Assembly: GCA_964270895.1 (NCBI GenBank)
Contig: OZ185436.1
DNA from: Podarcis filfolensis
Taxonomy: Eukaryota
Reading direction: 5' to 3' (one strand)
DNA length: 64,000 bases
Positions 1 to 10,773 of the stretch are shown here, piece by piece; position 1 is the stretch's first letter; each line of letters begins with the position of its first letter. Both the position numbers and the translations under genes were made by a program. The notes under the pieces were generated by a model. The model was not told where the DNA came from. It worked only from the letters and a program-made list of their open reading frames with translations, and searched no databases.

Positions 1-640
1 TTGACAAAGCCTTAGCAGCGATCCAGATCCTTCCCGTGGAGTCTCCTGCTTCCTGCTGGCACTTCAGCCAGATGGTTCGCTGCAGGAGAATGCCAGAGCT
101 TTCCCATAGACAAAATTGCAAAGGCTTTCAACACTGTCTCCGCTAAGTTTTAGCTCATCCTGTAGTCAGTCGGAAATCAGAATGAGCAGGTTAATTTTAG
201 AATTTAATAATTTTACCAAGGTTATCTCACATCTGATCTCCTGTTATTCCATTCTTGGGCAAAGCGGATCATAGTCCCCTAAGGATCCTACCACAAACAA
301 GAATGAAAGACAGAATTATCTCTTTTGGATCAAAGGCTGATTACAGAGAATGATTTATCTTATGAGAAAAAGTGAAGCTAAGTATATTGGAACTGTAATG
401 AAATTGGAATGAATAAATACGTAATGTTTTTAAAGTGACAGATATATCTTAATGTAATGAATGAGTGATCATTCAAGGTATCTCAGGAGTTAGCAAACAG
501 GAGTTTGGAAGTCAGTTTGCTTAACAAAACAGATGTTCCCTATTTAAATGAAAAGACTGAAGCAATATTTTGACTGTGTCCAAGTTATGACAGAATAGAA
601 TTACTGGGTCTAGTAGACAGTGAACTCTTCATTTGGTTAC

Positions 641-650
641 CCTTTTATGG
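641..650. promoter_or_regulatory. Perfect CArG box (SRF site) ~2.35 kb upstream of miR-143
   Basis: CCTTTTATGG fits CC(A/T)6GG. Mammalian miR-143/145 is a known SRF/myocardin target, but a single 10-mer can arise by chance about once per 10-20 kb. Confidence 0.4.
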
Positions 651-1624
651 GACAAACCACACATTTAAACTGCAGAATTTGCCTCAAACAAGCCCAATTT
701 GGCTTCAGTTCTTTGACCCACCTCACAGCTGGGCACAAGACCCTCACAAATTTCCCCCAAAGGTGGAAAGGTCTTAATATCAGCTTGGTGTCACTAGCTC
801 CTAACTGCACCCTGGATTTTATCAGTTCCCAGACTTGCGTCTGGTCCTTGAATGGCCAGAGGTCAAGCATAGCTTCTAAATGCAACATGACCAATACATC
901 ATTGGAGCATCTATGAAAGCTTACATAAACCAGATTTTTGTTCTTATGGTAACTTACTCATTTCTAAGAAGACAGCTATCCAGCTGGTTATCTCACATCT
1001 GACTTCCTTTCCCACTGTAGGGCAAAGCCAAGCATAGCTAAGGATCCCCAAGGTGGCTGAAATGTCAGCCTGACACTGTACCATAAATTATCTAGCTTGT
1101 TAGCATCAATGTCAAACTATACCTACCAAATGCAAGCATAATTCATGCCAGCTGTGAATGCATTGTGTAGAAAATGCACTGCATTATCCTCGGCTAAAAA
1201 TATAGCATTTTAGTAACTCCAATAAAGGTAGATCCTTGCAACAAAAGCTCCATCCTAAGAGAAAGCAAGTGGATTGTCCGTTACCACTGGAAGACAAATG
1301 CATGTGCACAAAAAGCCGATTGTGCAAAAATCACTGTAATTGCCTTGGCAGAATCTCCACTGAGCTCAGTTTTCATGCCCGAAACATTCACAGTGCCAAC
1401 AGTAATCTGCTTTTGTTCTGAGCAGCAACAGCTCCTGGCCAAATGTCCCATTATTGTCTTGGGTGATAGTTCCTTGGTAGGCCTGTAATACAGCAGTGGA
1501 TTTAGGAAAGGCCTTCCAGCACTCCTCCCAGCCTAGTAGGTTGAGTTCCATGCAGACATTTTATTCATTACATTTTTTAAAATCCTGTTTTTTCTTCAAA
1601 GAGCTCAGGATAACAATTACAGTT

Positions 1625-1745
1625 ACCCCTTTTAACCCTCACAACAACCCTCAGAGATGGGTGAGCCTAAGAGAAAGCAAAAGGGCCAAGTTCACCTCAT
1701 AAGATCTTTCCAGCTGGTAGATGATTTTAAACTGGGGTGCCTTGA
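1625..1745 (-). mobile_element. Degenerate MIR/Ther1-type (CORE) SINE fragment
   Basis: cctcacaacaaccct..gagatgggtgagcctaagagaaagc..ggccaagttcacc resembles the antisense CORE region; boundaries approximate. Confidence 0.5.
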
Positions 1746-2068
1746 TCAGTTTGCAACGTGCTAGCCCCAACACCAGCTCTCTAAAAAAAATTACCTTGAG
1801 ATGAACTTCTTGGTAAACATACCTGAATTGTGTGTGAGCACATAGGTAGAGATGGCCTTGATGCACTGAGGATTTTCCAACTGGTTCTACGTCATCTAGA
1901 TCCCTATAAGATGTCCTGCAGCATGGGTGCTGGAATACCAGAAGCCCTGCCTATTTGCCATCTGGGGCTGATAAGAGCCCTACACCATCTAAAGGGCCAA
2001 AGGTTCCCCACCACCATCTGACAGGACGTCCAGGTTCCACCATCTCTCTGCAGCCTTGCTTCAAGTAA

Positions 2069-2663
2069 GGGCTTATCCACACTTACCTTTTGACCCACTC
2101 TTTCCAGGCATGGTCCACACTTTAAAGCACTGTATCTGAGTGCTTTTTTCTGCTTTTTTCTTTTTTCGCCCCAGAGCTTTCCCCATGAAAACCTGCTCTC
2201 TGAAGCTGATTCAGAGCAAACGACAATCTGTGGGAAAACCAAATTGTCATTTAAAGAGCAGGTTTTTACAGGGCATAGTTCTAGGACAAAAAAGAAAAGA
2301 AAAGAATGCTTAGACACTAAAGTGTCCCGGGAAAACTGGGACATCCCATTTTTTATCACGAGAGAACAGTGGTCATTTTGGTTGTCATGATTTCGCGTGA
2401 TTTCACAGTGTGATTTCTCCCCCTGAAAAAGTGCTTTTGGAGAGACTGCGATCTCGCCCCCAAAATGTGTGTTTTTGGGTGCTGTACCTGAAAAAAAACA
2501 CTTTTGGGGGATGAAACTGCCATGCAAAGTCATGCGGTATCACAGCAGCCAAAGTGGCCTTTGTGCTCTTGCGATTAAAAAATGAGAAGATGGTGTCTGA
2601 GAAGGTGGCATCCCGGATTTTGACTTTAAGTTGTTGGAGGGCATGTTAAGTGTGGATAAGTCC
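2069..2663. mobile_element. PIF/Harbinger-type MITE with internal fold-back
   Basis: TIRs GGGCTTATCCACACTTA / TAAGTGTGGATAAGTCC flanked by TAA and TGA (TWA-like 3-bp TSD). Internal inverted repeat AAAACCTGCTCT 2188-2199 / AGAGCAGGTTTT 2255-2266. Confidence 0.65.
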
Positions 2664-2986
2664 TGACACAAGGCCCATAAAATCTCCTTGTATCAGCTTT
2701 GACTCCAAGAGAGAGTTTGATCAGACCTAGGCTAACACCCTGCATGAACTGAAAGAACACCCTAGAATATGCCCCCAGAATCCTTTGGGTGCTCTAACAG
2801 ATTCTCAGGGTCCCTCAGAAGGGGACTTGATATGGGAAAGGTTGCTTGGTGGTAGAGAAAGGTGGCAAACCAACAGCCTACCCAAATCCTGTTGTTCTTC
2901 TTCTCTGCACCTTTCTTCCTTCCCTCATGATAGCTCTTGTGAGAGGAGGTTGCCTGACAGATGGATGAAAACAAGAAGACCTTCGA

Positions 2987-3067
2987 TGTCTCCCAGCCCA
3001 AGGTGCAGTGCTGCATCTCTGGTCAGTTGTGAGTCTGAGATGAAGCACTGTAGCTCGGGAAGGGAGG
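2987..3067 (+). ncRNA. MIR143: pre-miR-143 hairpin
   Basis: Mature 3p TGAGATGAAGCACTGTAGCTC at 3036-3056 and 5p GGTGCAGTGCTGCATCTCTGG at 3002-3022. The arms pair, and a CNNC motif (CAAC) lies at 3075. Confidence 0.99.
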
Positions 3068-3656
3068 AACGATGCAACGGAAGGGAAACTTACCTCTCCT
3101 CGGTTGAGCTGCGTGGAGACAGAGAAGCCCTGGCAGGTATTACTACTGAATTGATCCAGGGGGCAGAAGGATTCAACTGGACTGTGGCTGCAAGGGCTGA
3201 AGGCTAAGCATGAAGAGCACTCTGGAGACAACAACTGCTTATAGGAAATATTATAAGCAGAGGCGGGGGGCTCTTTGTTGCTGCCCAGAAAGTGGTGGTC
3301 TGCAGAATAACATCCCTTTGGGGAGCATTTGTGTCATAGTGCGCACCTTATATGTTCATATCTGCATACAGAGAATATGCTTTTTATAACAAATCCCCAC
3401 CGCTGCTGCTGCTGCCTTTTACCAAGAGGTGTGTGATGTGTTTTTTCTTGGAGTGCTCATGCTTTGGAAAACAGAATGCAACTCCAGCCCAGCGCTTCCT
3501 CAGAGGCACCACCAAGTGGCAATACTGAGCATTGAGCCTAAGCAAAAAAGCTCTTCCATTCGAGGCCTGTCGAGCAGCACCACATAAGAAAAGCTCAACC
3601 TGCAGCAGGATGTGAAGGAACAGACTGAAGGCTATCCTTGCTGTCAGCCCAACCCA

Positions 3657-3742
3657 CACTGTGTCCTCGGGGTCCAGTTTTCCCAGGAATCCCTTAGATG
3701 ATAAGAGGGGGATTCCTGGAAATACTGTTCTTGGGGTCACAG
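3657..3742 (+). ncRNA. MIR145: pre-miR-145 hairpin
   Basis: Mature 5p GTCCAGTTTTCCCAGGAATCCCT at 3672-3694 and 3p GGATTCCTGGAAATACTGTTCT at 3710-3731. CNNC (CAGC) at 3748. Lies ~0.6 kb downstream of miR-143 on the same strand. Confidence 0.99.
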
Positions 3743-4823
3743 CTCAGCAGCTGGAGATACCGTCTTCCATTTTTCTCACCCCAGAGAAGCCATTTGAGAG
3801 CACATGGGAAATGGAGACGACTTCAAGGAATGGGCTGCAGTCATTCAGCTCCCAAAACGCCAGCAGACCGGAGTCACTCCTGTTATGTGACCTCATGGTA
3901 GGTGGTTCCAAATCACATCAGGCTTCCAGGAGTGAAGATTTGTTCACTAGGCAGTGTCCACTGTTTGCTTGGTTAGGGGCTAACTGGAAAATGGGGAGGA
4001 ATCATGGCCTTTGTGTCGCAGATCAGCAAGATCCAAAACTTTGGGAACATGTACCTTCTGCCATTCTGGCAGAATAAGCTAATAGAATATGTGGAGCTAG
4101 CAATGTTGACTGCAAAGATAAGAAATCAAGATGAGTCAGATATAAAAGAAGAGCAGGAATACTTTGGCAAATATTAAAAAAAATATAATAATCAGATGAG
4201 CTTCCAAGTGGAGTTAGATATATGAGCAGTAGTTAAAATAAGTAGACGAGGGGTAATAATTAAGGAGATACAGCTTAACAAGGACTAAATAGGACCCCAC
4301 GGAGGAATGTGTGTGGAAGTCAAGGAGTGTAAGATAAATGATGGCAATTGTATAACTGATGTATTAAGATATGTAAAATGCATAAATAAAAATTTTTAAA
4401 AAGGAAACCTGTCCCTTCACAACACTGATCCTTGGAGGAGCTTCCTGTATTGCGCCATCTAGGAAAGGGTATTTGGGCTTCTATCCCACTCAGCTCTGCA
4501 CTGGTTGGGGTGTAAAGAAATAACATCATTGCTCCTTAGATGTGCTGAACGAAAGTGTTGTCCCATCATGATCCTCCACATACTCTGCCTTCCTAAAACC
4601 AGGCAAGTGAAAAGTTTCTGCTGCCCTGATGGATTGCAAAACATTTTGTGAATTAAAAGTTCCTTCTGGATGAGCTTGGTACAGTAGTGCTCTGCCCTGA
4701 GCAATAATGCTCTCGCTCCAGATCCTACCCAGGAAATGCCACCACATAACAACTGTAAACACGACATGGTTTAATCCCTGAGTGGTACCCCTTCTGTGCT
4801 AGCTGAGCGCTGCTACATGTATA

Positions 4824-5253
4824 CAGTGGGGATTTGATTCAGGCTGCATTGAAAGGCAAGCATGCCTAATTCTAATTCACACTTTCTGAAATAATATGCA
4901 AACTGAAACACAGCCATCCGTAGAAATTAGCACTTTCCCAAAATTCGCAATGCAGTTCTCCAGCCAAGTAATGTGTACAAAACATGCTGTGGTGAAGTGT
5001 GCCTAAAATTCCTGTAACAGTGAAAATAACACAAAAACATGTTTTATATTATATTTGCTTTACCAAAATACGTATATTAGGCAAGCTTTCATATCAACGT
5101 GTGAATATTCGGAGCAATTTGCACTAAAGTGATGGATTTTCACGAAAACTCTTTAAAATATCAAAACCTGATGCAGAAATATGTAGAACTGAGTTTAAGA
5201 CTGGAAAAATGAGAAATTGAGATAAACTGAACATGACCGATTCAACCATCCCT
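4824..5253 (+). mobile_element. Non-autonomous DNA element (TAGGGATG..CATCCCTA-terminated squamate family), copy 1
   Basis: Ends ..aaccatccct. The AT-rich internal sequence matches the reverse complement of 26146-26532. Confidence 0.65.
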
Positions 5254-6799
5254 CTGTCAATAAATCTCTGCACTTGTGCAGCTTCTGTGAGCTTTTTGTG
5301 TTTGTTTTATGTGGAGTCAGGCACCCTCACTTCAGAACAGCGGCAAAATGAACAGGCTGCAAATAGAAACCTGAGCTGACTGAAGTCAAGGGAGACTAAT
5401 ATAGCAACGCGCACATGACACAGCAGATTGAGTCTTTTGTTTTAAAAGGCACTTTGTGGGCCACTGCAAAAGCCAAGATAGACAATACCAGCCTCTCTCT
5501 CTCCCTGCTGAGTAGGCAGCCCCTTGATCCCAATGGCAGACTCATCACTGGCCTAGATTAGGCCTGGCCAGAGTTAGGGGAAAGAGCACACATTCCTCAT
5601 TTGAAGCAGGAAGTGCTTCCCTTCATACTACGGGCAATTGTGCATCTCGGTCGGACGGTGGTTAATCCTCATTCACTTCGCTAACATTCAAACACTTTTA
5701 CAAACTATGCAGAGTTAAGTTAGTGAGCTTATATGATCAATTCACAGAACATCAGAGAGTTGCATGCACCGGAAAACCAAAAGCAAAACTCACTGTGTCT
5801 TTTGGAGGAGATGGAGGGACACATTATGAAGGATTCCTGGCCTACATGCATAGTTTGTATTCACACAGGGTCTATTCACAAGTTCCATCAAACACACATC
5901 AGGCTGGGGAAGTGGGTGCAATCTTGACCCTCTTCCGCACATTCCTTGGGCATGGCATGTTTTGTGAACAGAGAGAACTACAGATGCCAACTATATGTGC
6001 AATGCTAAACCCATCTGGCAAATAGAAGAGAAGCCCTGGAGGCTGCAAATTACTCACTGAGGCCCTCCAGATTTCTTTAATAAAAACTTCAGATGGTACA
6101 GTAAATCAGAAGGGGCTAAGGTCCTAAGCTACGTGACCTTCATTTCCCATAGCCTTCAGCTGAAGACAAATCTGGTGGTAGAGAAGAATGAGCATCTTGA
6201 ATATCTAAAAATCAGAGTGTCCTGTCTACCTCACTACTCAATGAAGCAGGCAGGTTCACGTGACCCAACTATAAAACAGACCTTGCCAATTTGAGTGGGG
6301 AAAGTTGAATAGATTTCAATACAAAACCCCCGGGGGAAATCATCAATCTATAGAGCAGCACCACACTACTTGGGGATCACAGCACATCCAGCTGTTTCCT
6401 CAGTTATAAGGCATACTATAGGGATTGTTTTAAAATCATCCCTGCAGAAAAGGTTTTAAATGGAAAACCAGTGGCACTCAGTGGCTTCAGAGGGGATTGC
6501 AGGAATCTTTGAAATCCTGGCACCACCGGTTGTTATAAAATGATGCCATTAAAACAGTATACACCAGCTGTGCTATCCCCACATAACAGAAGGGGGCAGG
6601 GGTTGCCTTGCTATAGAAAGATTGTCAATGCTTGCAGAATTTGCTAGAAACGGAGTGTGTATTCTAGCAATGGAAAAGTGCACAGAGTCTCCTTAGAACA
6701 AGGCAATGTCCCCTGAGAGAATGAAGATTGACTAGGGAGAAGACAAAAGTGATGAGTGGGGCTTGAAAGTTAGGTATTATTTGCTGCTTCCAAGCTTTT

Positions 6800-6950
6800 C
6801 TTCCAGAAGCTTTGAGATGCATCACAGTCCCACAATAAACCTAACAGGTCTGTTAGGATGGCAAACAGTGACCTGCCTAAGGTCACCCAAATGAGTTTCA
6901 TAGGTAAGTGAAGATCTGGATTGTGGCTTTCCATACCTAACCCAATTCAA
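6800..6950 (-). mobile_element. Degenerate MIR/Ther1-type SINE fragment
   Basis: cacaataaacc..gttagg..cagtgacctgcctaaggtcacccaaatgagtttcat, similar to 13905-14075. Confidence 0.5.
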
Positions 6951-8204
6951 GCCCCTTCAGCATATTGGCTAGTTCAGGTCATATTAATACCAAAGTGCCA
7001 TTGTTATGTAAAGGTGGAGGCGGGGTAGAGTGCGAGAGATGATGGGGAGGAGAAAAAGGGATGGCAAAGGAATCTCATTACGTACATGCATGCCTGCATG
7101 CACACAGCCCTATGGTACAAGCACACATATCCGTAGCGTATGTGTGAATACTGCAATAATGGGAAACATCTAAGCATCTAAGCCAGCTCCTGAACCCCCC
7201 TCCCCATGTGAGCCACTTTGACGGGGGTTAGCACAGCCCACTTGTCTATCACATGATGCCTTTAACTTCCAGTGAAAGGATTGGGAACCCAAATTTAAGA
7301 ATATGCTCCCATTTCTTTGTTTTCTTCCTTTGCAAGTGTGACTTGAATTGAGCCTCTGCTGTAAAGGGATATCCTTTGCATCCTGTGTACGGGTTCCAAC
7401 AAGGGATGTAAAGGAAGTATGCAAGCCCTGCTTGCAGCAGAGTTTGGCTCCACTAAGGAGCCAATTCCAGCATGATTTGCATTGTAAGGCACTGCAGGTA
7501 AGCCCTGCTTGCAGAGGAGCAATTGGGACTTCTCTCTAGCACTCCTGATTGTTCCTTTGCAGCTGCAGCTTTACCTGCTCGAAACCTGGTGTCAGATGTG
7601 GGAAGGTTGGCGTGGATGAGTGTGGGGAATAGCTTCATGGGTCAAGTAAGGCCCCTGGCAGCCCTAATTTGCCCCAAAGGACTGGGGTTCCCCATGCTGC
7701 TTCAGAACTGACACCTTGCTACAGAGACTGCGCCATGTCTCTTCAGTTACACGTTATTGCAGCTAAGCCTCCACAACAGCCTATAGGTTTGAGTGCCTGT
7801 TTATAAATTCACTGACTTATTTGGAAAAGCCAAGGAGAAATGTAATCATTTCTAGTCTCGGGGTTAAAAAGAAGCCCGCAAGAAAAAGAAAATCTGGACA
7901 AAACTGGAAAACAGAAACACAGATCAAGAAAAGGGAGTGGGGGAATTAACAAAAGTGAAGAAAAGAGGACAGGAATTAAAACCCAAAGAGTGGGTGGGCA
8001 GAGAGAACAGCACAGGGAGTACACTGTTCTGGGAAATCTCTGTAAAGGAGAAGAGGATCAGCATCCAAAGCGAAGTGCAGCAAATGAGGCAAAGAGGAGC
8101 CGTGTGCAAGAGAATGAAACAGACATGTATTCATAATGGGAAGAATACACAGCGTAATTATTCAAGGGAACTGCAGCTTGAGTCCTCATGTTACATAGCC
8201 TCTG

Positions 8205-8270
8205 CATAATAATTTAATAATAATTTATTATTTATACCCCGCCCATCTGGCTGAGTTTCCCCGGTCACGT
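8205..8270 (-). mobile_element. L2-type LINE 3' tail fragment
   Basis: aataatttattatttataccccgcccatctggctg is the reverse complement of the tail at 15950-15990. Confidence 0.7.
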
Positions 8271-8915
8271 CAATGATGAGAGGGGTATCTAGCTATTTCA
8301 TCCTCTGCAGAGGCATCACATGAACACCAGGTGACGTTGCCGGCCTGCCCTGAACCAAAATGTGGGCAGATTCTGGTGCTTGGGACAAGAGCAATGCAGG
8401 CTGGCACTGGAAGGGCAGTAGATCTCTAGAGACACTCTCATGCGGGGAGGTTGCTTCTTGTGTGTTCCTTTGCCATGCACAGTTCACAGACCACATACAT
8501 TTTGACCAGTTTGTGGGAGGGAGAATGCATGATGCAAGGCGTCAGATTACAAGGTTTTGTGTGACGCGTCTCCCCGATGTACAGTTTTGCAAGTCTGGAG
8601 TGGATTGCATTGGTGTACCCAGGAAGTGTCGCAGGCACCTATTATGTGTGATTTGTGACGGAAGTTCTGACAGAGAACAACATTAACTCCACCCCTGCAC
8701 TTAACTGCCTGTTGCTCAAACACACTGTGACACTTTGCAACTCCTGTTTCTTCGGTTGTTTGTAGCTTCCATGTGCTCCCACCTCCTGCTTCCATAGTAT
8801 TCAGAAGTATAGTATACCTGAGCCCTTGAGTGTATGTGTTACAGGAATATTCCTTTCACTCTGGCAGGATTTATTTTTTCGTATGGATGAATATTCCTAC
8901 ATGTGAGTCCCAACC

Positions 8916-9032
8916 GTAGGCTGCCTTGCAGGCAGAAGGCCCCTGGTTCACTCCCTGATGATTCCAGGTAGGGCTGGGGGAAAAACTCCCTGCCTGAAAC
9001 CTGGATGAGCCACTATAAGGCAACTTCCTCTC
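8916..9032 (+). mobile_element. tRNA-head SINE, second squamate family (internally deleted)
   Basis: gcagaaggcccctggttcactccctg..caggtagggctggg..cctgaaacctgga..ataaggcaacttcct; shares blocks with copies at 9528, 19866, 32540 and 39022. Confidence 0.6.
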
Positions 9033-9420
9033 TTGCTACGTGGTACAGGTCAGACAAAGGTTTACTCACTGAGGTTAATCGGAGGCTTATTGTAACATTA
9101 ACCATTGTAGGCAGCACAAAAATCATGTCAAGCTTGAAAGCTTGTGTACTCCTTTGTGATTTTCAGTTTGATCCTGTTAAAGGACCTTTCACTTGATCAT
9201 GGGAAACCACCAGGGGCGGGGCTTTAAGGATCGGCTCCTTGTGACTCATTCCCAGGAAACACTGAGACATTGGCATTACCAGCTGGGCTGGTTCCCCAGG
9301 TCACCTGAGCAGAAATGCCCTTGCCAGGTTACGTCCAATTTGGGAAGGGCAAAAGAGCCTTGGGACACAGCCCTTCATGGCCATATAGACATCTCTCTAT
9401 GTATGTATGTATCTAGCCAG

Positions 9421-9480
9421 CCAGCCTTCCCCAACCTGGTGTCCTCCAGTTTTGGGGGGCTACAACTCCCATAAATCACA
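9421..9480. mobile_element. Half copy of the palindromic hAT-type MITE
   Basis: cagccttccccaacctggtgtcctccag..ctacaactcccat is the left arm of the family seen at 18652 and 25292. Confidence 0.6.
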
Positions 9481-9527
9481 TCAACCCTCCACTCTGCTTT
9501 GAACGTGGCTGGAACAGGCTCACATTG

Positions 9528-9660
9528 AGGGCCATAGGTCAGTTCGGCAAAGTCCCTGCTGGGCATCCAAAAGGTCCCAAGTTCAATCTCTAACATCGAA
9601 CCAACTCTGAGCTTGGTAGACCAGTGATCTGACTCAGTATAATGCAGCTTCTCATGTCCT
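9528..9660 (+). mobile_element. tRNA-head SINE, second family
   Basis: gggccataggtcagt..aaggtcccaagttcaatc..gtgatctgactcagtataatgcagcttctcatgtcct. Confidence 0.6.
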
Positions 9661-10638
9661 GGGTTCCCATGTGACTAGATCAGGCTCACGTTTGAAGGCT
9701 CAGGTCTGCCACTCTTGTGTGTTACTTAGAAGCCTTCTGAGGCTGACCAGGCATATTCCCATCCACTCTCCCTCTCTCCACAACAGAGAGGGTTTTTTTT
9801 GGGGGGGGGGGTTTGCAAAGCCATGGCCGTGTTTGACTAGAACCCTAACAAAAAGCCAGCATCCTGGGGGTTAATGGATATCAGCGTTCCAGCGGCAGCT
9901 GCTGACTCAACTTTGTACAGCGCAAGTGGGACACACCCAGGTGAGGTGTCTGCAGGGCTGGCGAATGAATGCAACACACCGCAGGTGAAAAGAACAAAGC
10001 TAGGCAAGCCTGGGAGAGCGAGTTCTGGTTGGCCCCACCCCATGTCCTCCTGCCTGCCTGCCTCCCAACCCTCCAGTTAGTTTCCAGCATCTCCCCAGCT
10101 CATGAATGCATAGTCTCTCTTTAGACCCAGTGTAGCCCCAGTTCATTGGAGCTGCAAATCCTCCACTGTGCAGAAAAGAACAGACAATTCTTTCCCCTCC
10201 TTTAGGAACCAGAATGCTCCAGGCGTGTTCCCTGAACAGGACTCCCAGGGCTGGTTGAATGGGGCTAGGCTAGGATATGAACCCTGTCAACCCAAAGCAA
10301 CATCTGGGCACATCACCAAAGCCCCCAGAGCCACAGATTATACCAGAGATGAGATTTAATACCAACTGTTTCCATGGACTTATATATTCCTCTGCTGCCA
10401 AGCTCCGCAGGGATTTAGATTAAGCAAAATGCAGAAGCTTTGTATATATAATATCAGAGTGTTCATAAATAGAGCAAGAGGCAGGCTTTATAGCCTCCTT
10501 TGCCATTTCAATGTTCGGCCAGAAGGACAGAGGAGGAGCCAAGTTAGTCTGCGGCAGCAAAATTAGCAAAAGAATCTTGTGGTGCCAAAAATGCTAGGTA
10601 CATATTTATTTATTTATTGTATTTATTATATATGTATT

Positions 10639-10773
10639 CAGAGTTCTTTTCAGCCGGAACTTGCCGGAACTCAGTTCTGGCACCTCTCAAGTAGGTGCCA
10701 TTGCCATGACAAGAGAACAAAGGAGGCATTCATGGTGTGTTCTGGCAACTCATTTCCTGTAAAATTAGCATGG
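10639..10773. mobile_element. hAT MITE with perfect 8-bp TSD
   Basis: TATGTATT at 10631-10638 and at 10774-10781; body cagagttcttttcagccggaac..aaattagcatgg. Confidence 0.75.

Noticed and set aside
1904-2533. Longest ORF in the track (209 aa, - strand)
   Set aside because: Lies largely inside the Harbinger-type MITE; no domain motif and no splice logic.
8293-8795. Several overlapping ORFs on both strands
   Set aside because: No recognisable motif in any frame; consistent with chance.
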